Assembly: GCF_001194135.2 (NCBI RefSeq)
Contig: NC_068983.1
Location: 9,133,318-9,172,319, forward strand
DNA length: 39,002 bases
Source: Octopus bimaculoides
Lineage: Eukaryota
Direction: 5' to 3'
Numbering within the stretch: the stretch's first letter is position 1; each line of letters starts with the position of its first letter. The notes beneath the pieces were generated by a model. That model made no database searches and was not told the origin of the DNA. It was given only the letters and a program-made list of their open reading frames with translations. Below, one piece after another: positions 36,850 through 39,002 of this stretch. A program made the position numbers and the translations under genes.

Positions 36850-37354
36850 GCATGACTGCATGGTTACAAACTAAAGAAGGTCTGAAACACCAGATTTCCC
36901 AGGCCAATCATAATCAAGTAGTTCATTGCAACTGTCAAATCAGTGTTATTCTATGGCAGTGAAACGTGGACACAGATAAAGGAATTATCAAGCGGGCTAA
37001 ATAGATGCTACATAAAGATGATACAAATGGCTTTAAATGTGAAATGGTAGAAACATTACAAATGAATGACTTTCTGGAGACCTGCCGAAAGTTAGCGAGA
37101 AGATTATGCAAAAGCGGCTGCGATTATCTGGTCACTCCGCGCGCTACTCTGAGATAGAAGCATGTAAGGTAATCCTGTGGAATCCACTTCATAATCACGT
37201 AAGAAGAGGCAAAGGTCGTCACACTTACATCGACAACTTGATTGCAGACACTAGCTTGGAATGTATCCAGGACCTCAAGACAGTGATGATTGTCCGAGAA
37301 GTGTGCCGGGTGGACTTTGTTGCTGCGACATGGTTTGGAACTCGGCCAAAATAA
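36850..37354 (+). mobile_element. RTE-clade LINE 3' fragment
   Basis: ATVKSVLFYGSETWT, CYIKMIQMALNVKW, GDLPKVSEKIMQKRLRLSGH, ILWNP, RRGK..TYIDNLIADT: the post-RT C-terminus typical of RTE ORF2. Confidence 0.87.
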
Positions 37355-38159
37355 CAAATAAAAAGCATATATCATATACTAAGGATTGTAGTACATGTTC
37401 AGTTGATAGTGTGGTGTTATCATAATTAGAGATAACGTTTAATGCGACAATGATTGTAATTTCGTAAGGCGAAGACCGCGCAGAGTGTGGTATTTTTTAA
37501 AAAATTATGCTTCGAATCAACATATATTTGATGCATACTCTTCAACTGTCGTCTGTTATCATAGCGTTTTCATTTTTGTTTATCTATTATCTTCTACAGC
37601 ATTCCACATATGTAAAATTAGCTATAACCTAAAAGTCAATGACATAGACCGTCTTATTACGCATATATGTGTATTATGCCATACGTATATTATGCGTAAG
37701 TAATTGAATTAAAAACAGAAAAACAAAATTTGATGCAATCTATTATAGATACACCATTCATAATTTATTATTCGTAAGGCAGTTAACTACATGCGTAGGA
37801 GTATTTTTTTTAAAAATTACTACAGCAATTGTTCAAAGAGAGTGTAACCTTCAGTTTATCCATATACATTTTTCTCTGATATGGAAACAAGGATGTATTA
37901 CGACGTATAATTATTTGTTAAACTATCAACAATATAGTGATACAATAGAATAATAATTTAAATAGATTGTCTTTCATCTCAGTCATTAGTGAAGAAGGTT
38001 TAAAATGTTTACTACATGCTTTATTCTTGAAACTAAGATAATATTTTGGCGATCACGATCGTATATATGGTAGATCTTCCTAGAGCCTGTCTTTCTTGAA
38101 CGAAATACAAAAATAGTTTTAAATAACTTTCAAGAGAGAAGAATTGACACAAGCAAGAC

Positions 38160-38174
38160 GAATACACACACACA

Positions 38175-38211
<37 letters not shown>

Positions 38212-38212
38212 A

Positions 38213-38255
<43 letters not shown>

Positions 38256-38271
38256 TCATATATATACATAC

Positions 38272-38312
<41 letters not shown>
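38160..38312. repeat. Compound microsatellite (CA)/(CT)n/(CA)n/(TA)n
   Basis: Read directly from the sequence. Confidence 0.95.
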
Positions 38313-38313
<1 letters not shown>

Positions 38314-39002
38314 CTACTTGATAGATTATTTTAAAAGATTTTATCCTATTATTGAATTAATTATATATATATTACATATGTATGTGCATATATACACACA
38401 TTTCTTATTTTGTAATATATTACACCTATACATCTTTAATACTAATACATACATTATATAACTATACATACATCTTTCTATATACGCAATCATACATATA
38501 TGCATAAAGATACAAATATACTTATATATATATATATGTCTGTGTGCGTGTGTATGTGTGTATTACATCTGGCCCAAAATCATTTAAATATTCAATGTTA
38601 ATTTTTTTTTTATCCAGCAGTGTAGTGAAATAGTAGTAATTGTAGTTAATATAATTATATTCATATTTCCTAAATTAATTCTATGTTCTAAGAGGTATTG
38701 TAATTCAATTCTATAATTCTATAGAGATATTGCACTCATTAAATATATTCAACTTAAACTGAAACGTAATATCTGTGACCTCAATAGAAATTAGAGACAC
38801 CATAATTTCTTTTTATAAAAGAATATAAGCACTATTGTGGGGAAACTTCGAAATTATGCAAATCGACATTATATATCATTTGAAAGGAAAGCCGGCCGAG
38901 GTACTCACAGACATGTATATTCAAACCATTTCCCGAACGTATTAATATGTGGGCAGAAACCTACATTCATTAATATACGCATATAAAATCACCTATATAT
39001 AT

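Noticed and set aside
37460-37830. Partial direct repeat ttcgtaaggc...gtattttttaaaaatta about 310 bp apart
   Set aside because: Short, diverged and largely low-complexity.
38898-38965. Minus-strand 52-nt exon-like segment ending in GTGAGT
   Set aside because: The acceptor lacks a pyrimidine tract, the peptide is unrecognised, and it is at the window edge.

Overview
AT-rich animal genomic DNA, intergenic or intronic, from a gappy draft assembly. It has 11 N-runs, nearly all bordered by (TA)n/(TG)n microsatellites. The tRNA-derived SINE families and microsatellite load suggest an octopus or other coleoid cephalopod (inference). I find no intact host protein-coding gene; the long ORFs in the supplied track are artefacts of N-runs and dinucleotide repeats. 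The window is a patchwork of decayed mobile elements: R4/Dong-clade LINE pieces, four Penelope-like (PLE) fragments including a Naiad-type GIY-YIG copy, CR1-like and RTE-like LINE remnants, two Tc1/mariner fossils, a pogo/Tigger-like MITE with a nested Mutator-like MITE, and at least four SINE families. The most notable structures are a 105-bp-arm foldback (17920-18189), a palindromic MITE with 9-bp TSDs and inverted TTAGGG repeats (19616-19849), a pre-miRNA-shaped hairpin (10378-10455), a split PLE-type hammerhead ribozyme (12153-12296), a Dong-like LINE abutting a (TAA)n array, and a head-to-tail SINE dimer inside one TSD pair. All translations and alignments were done by eye; no searches were run.
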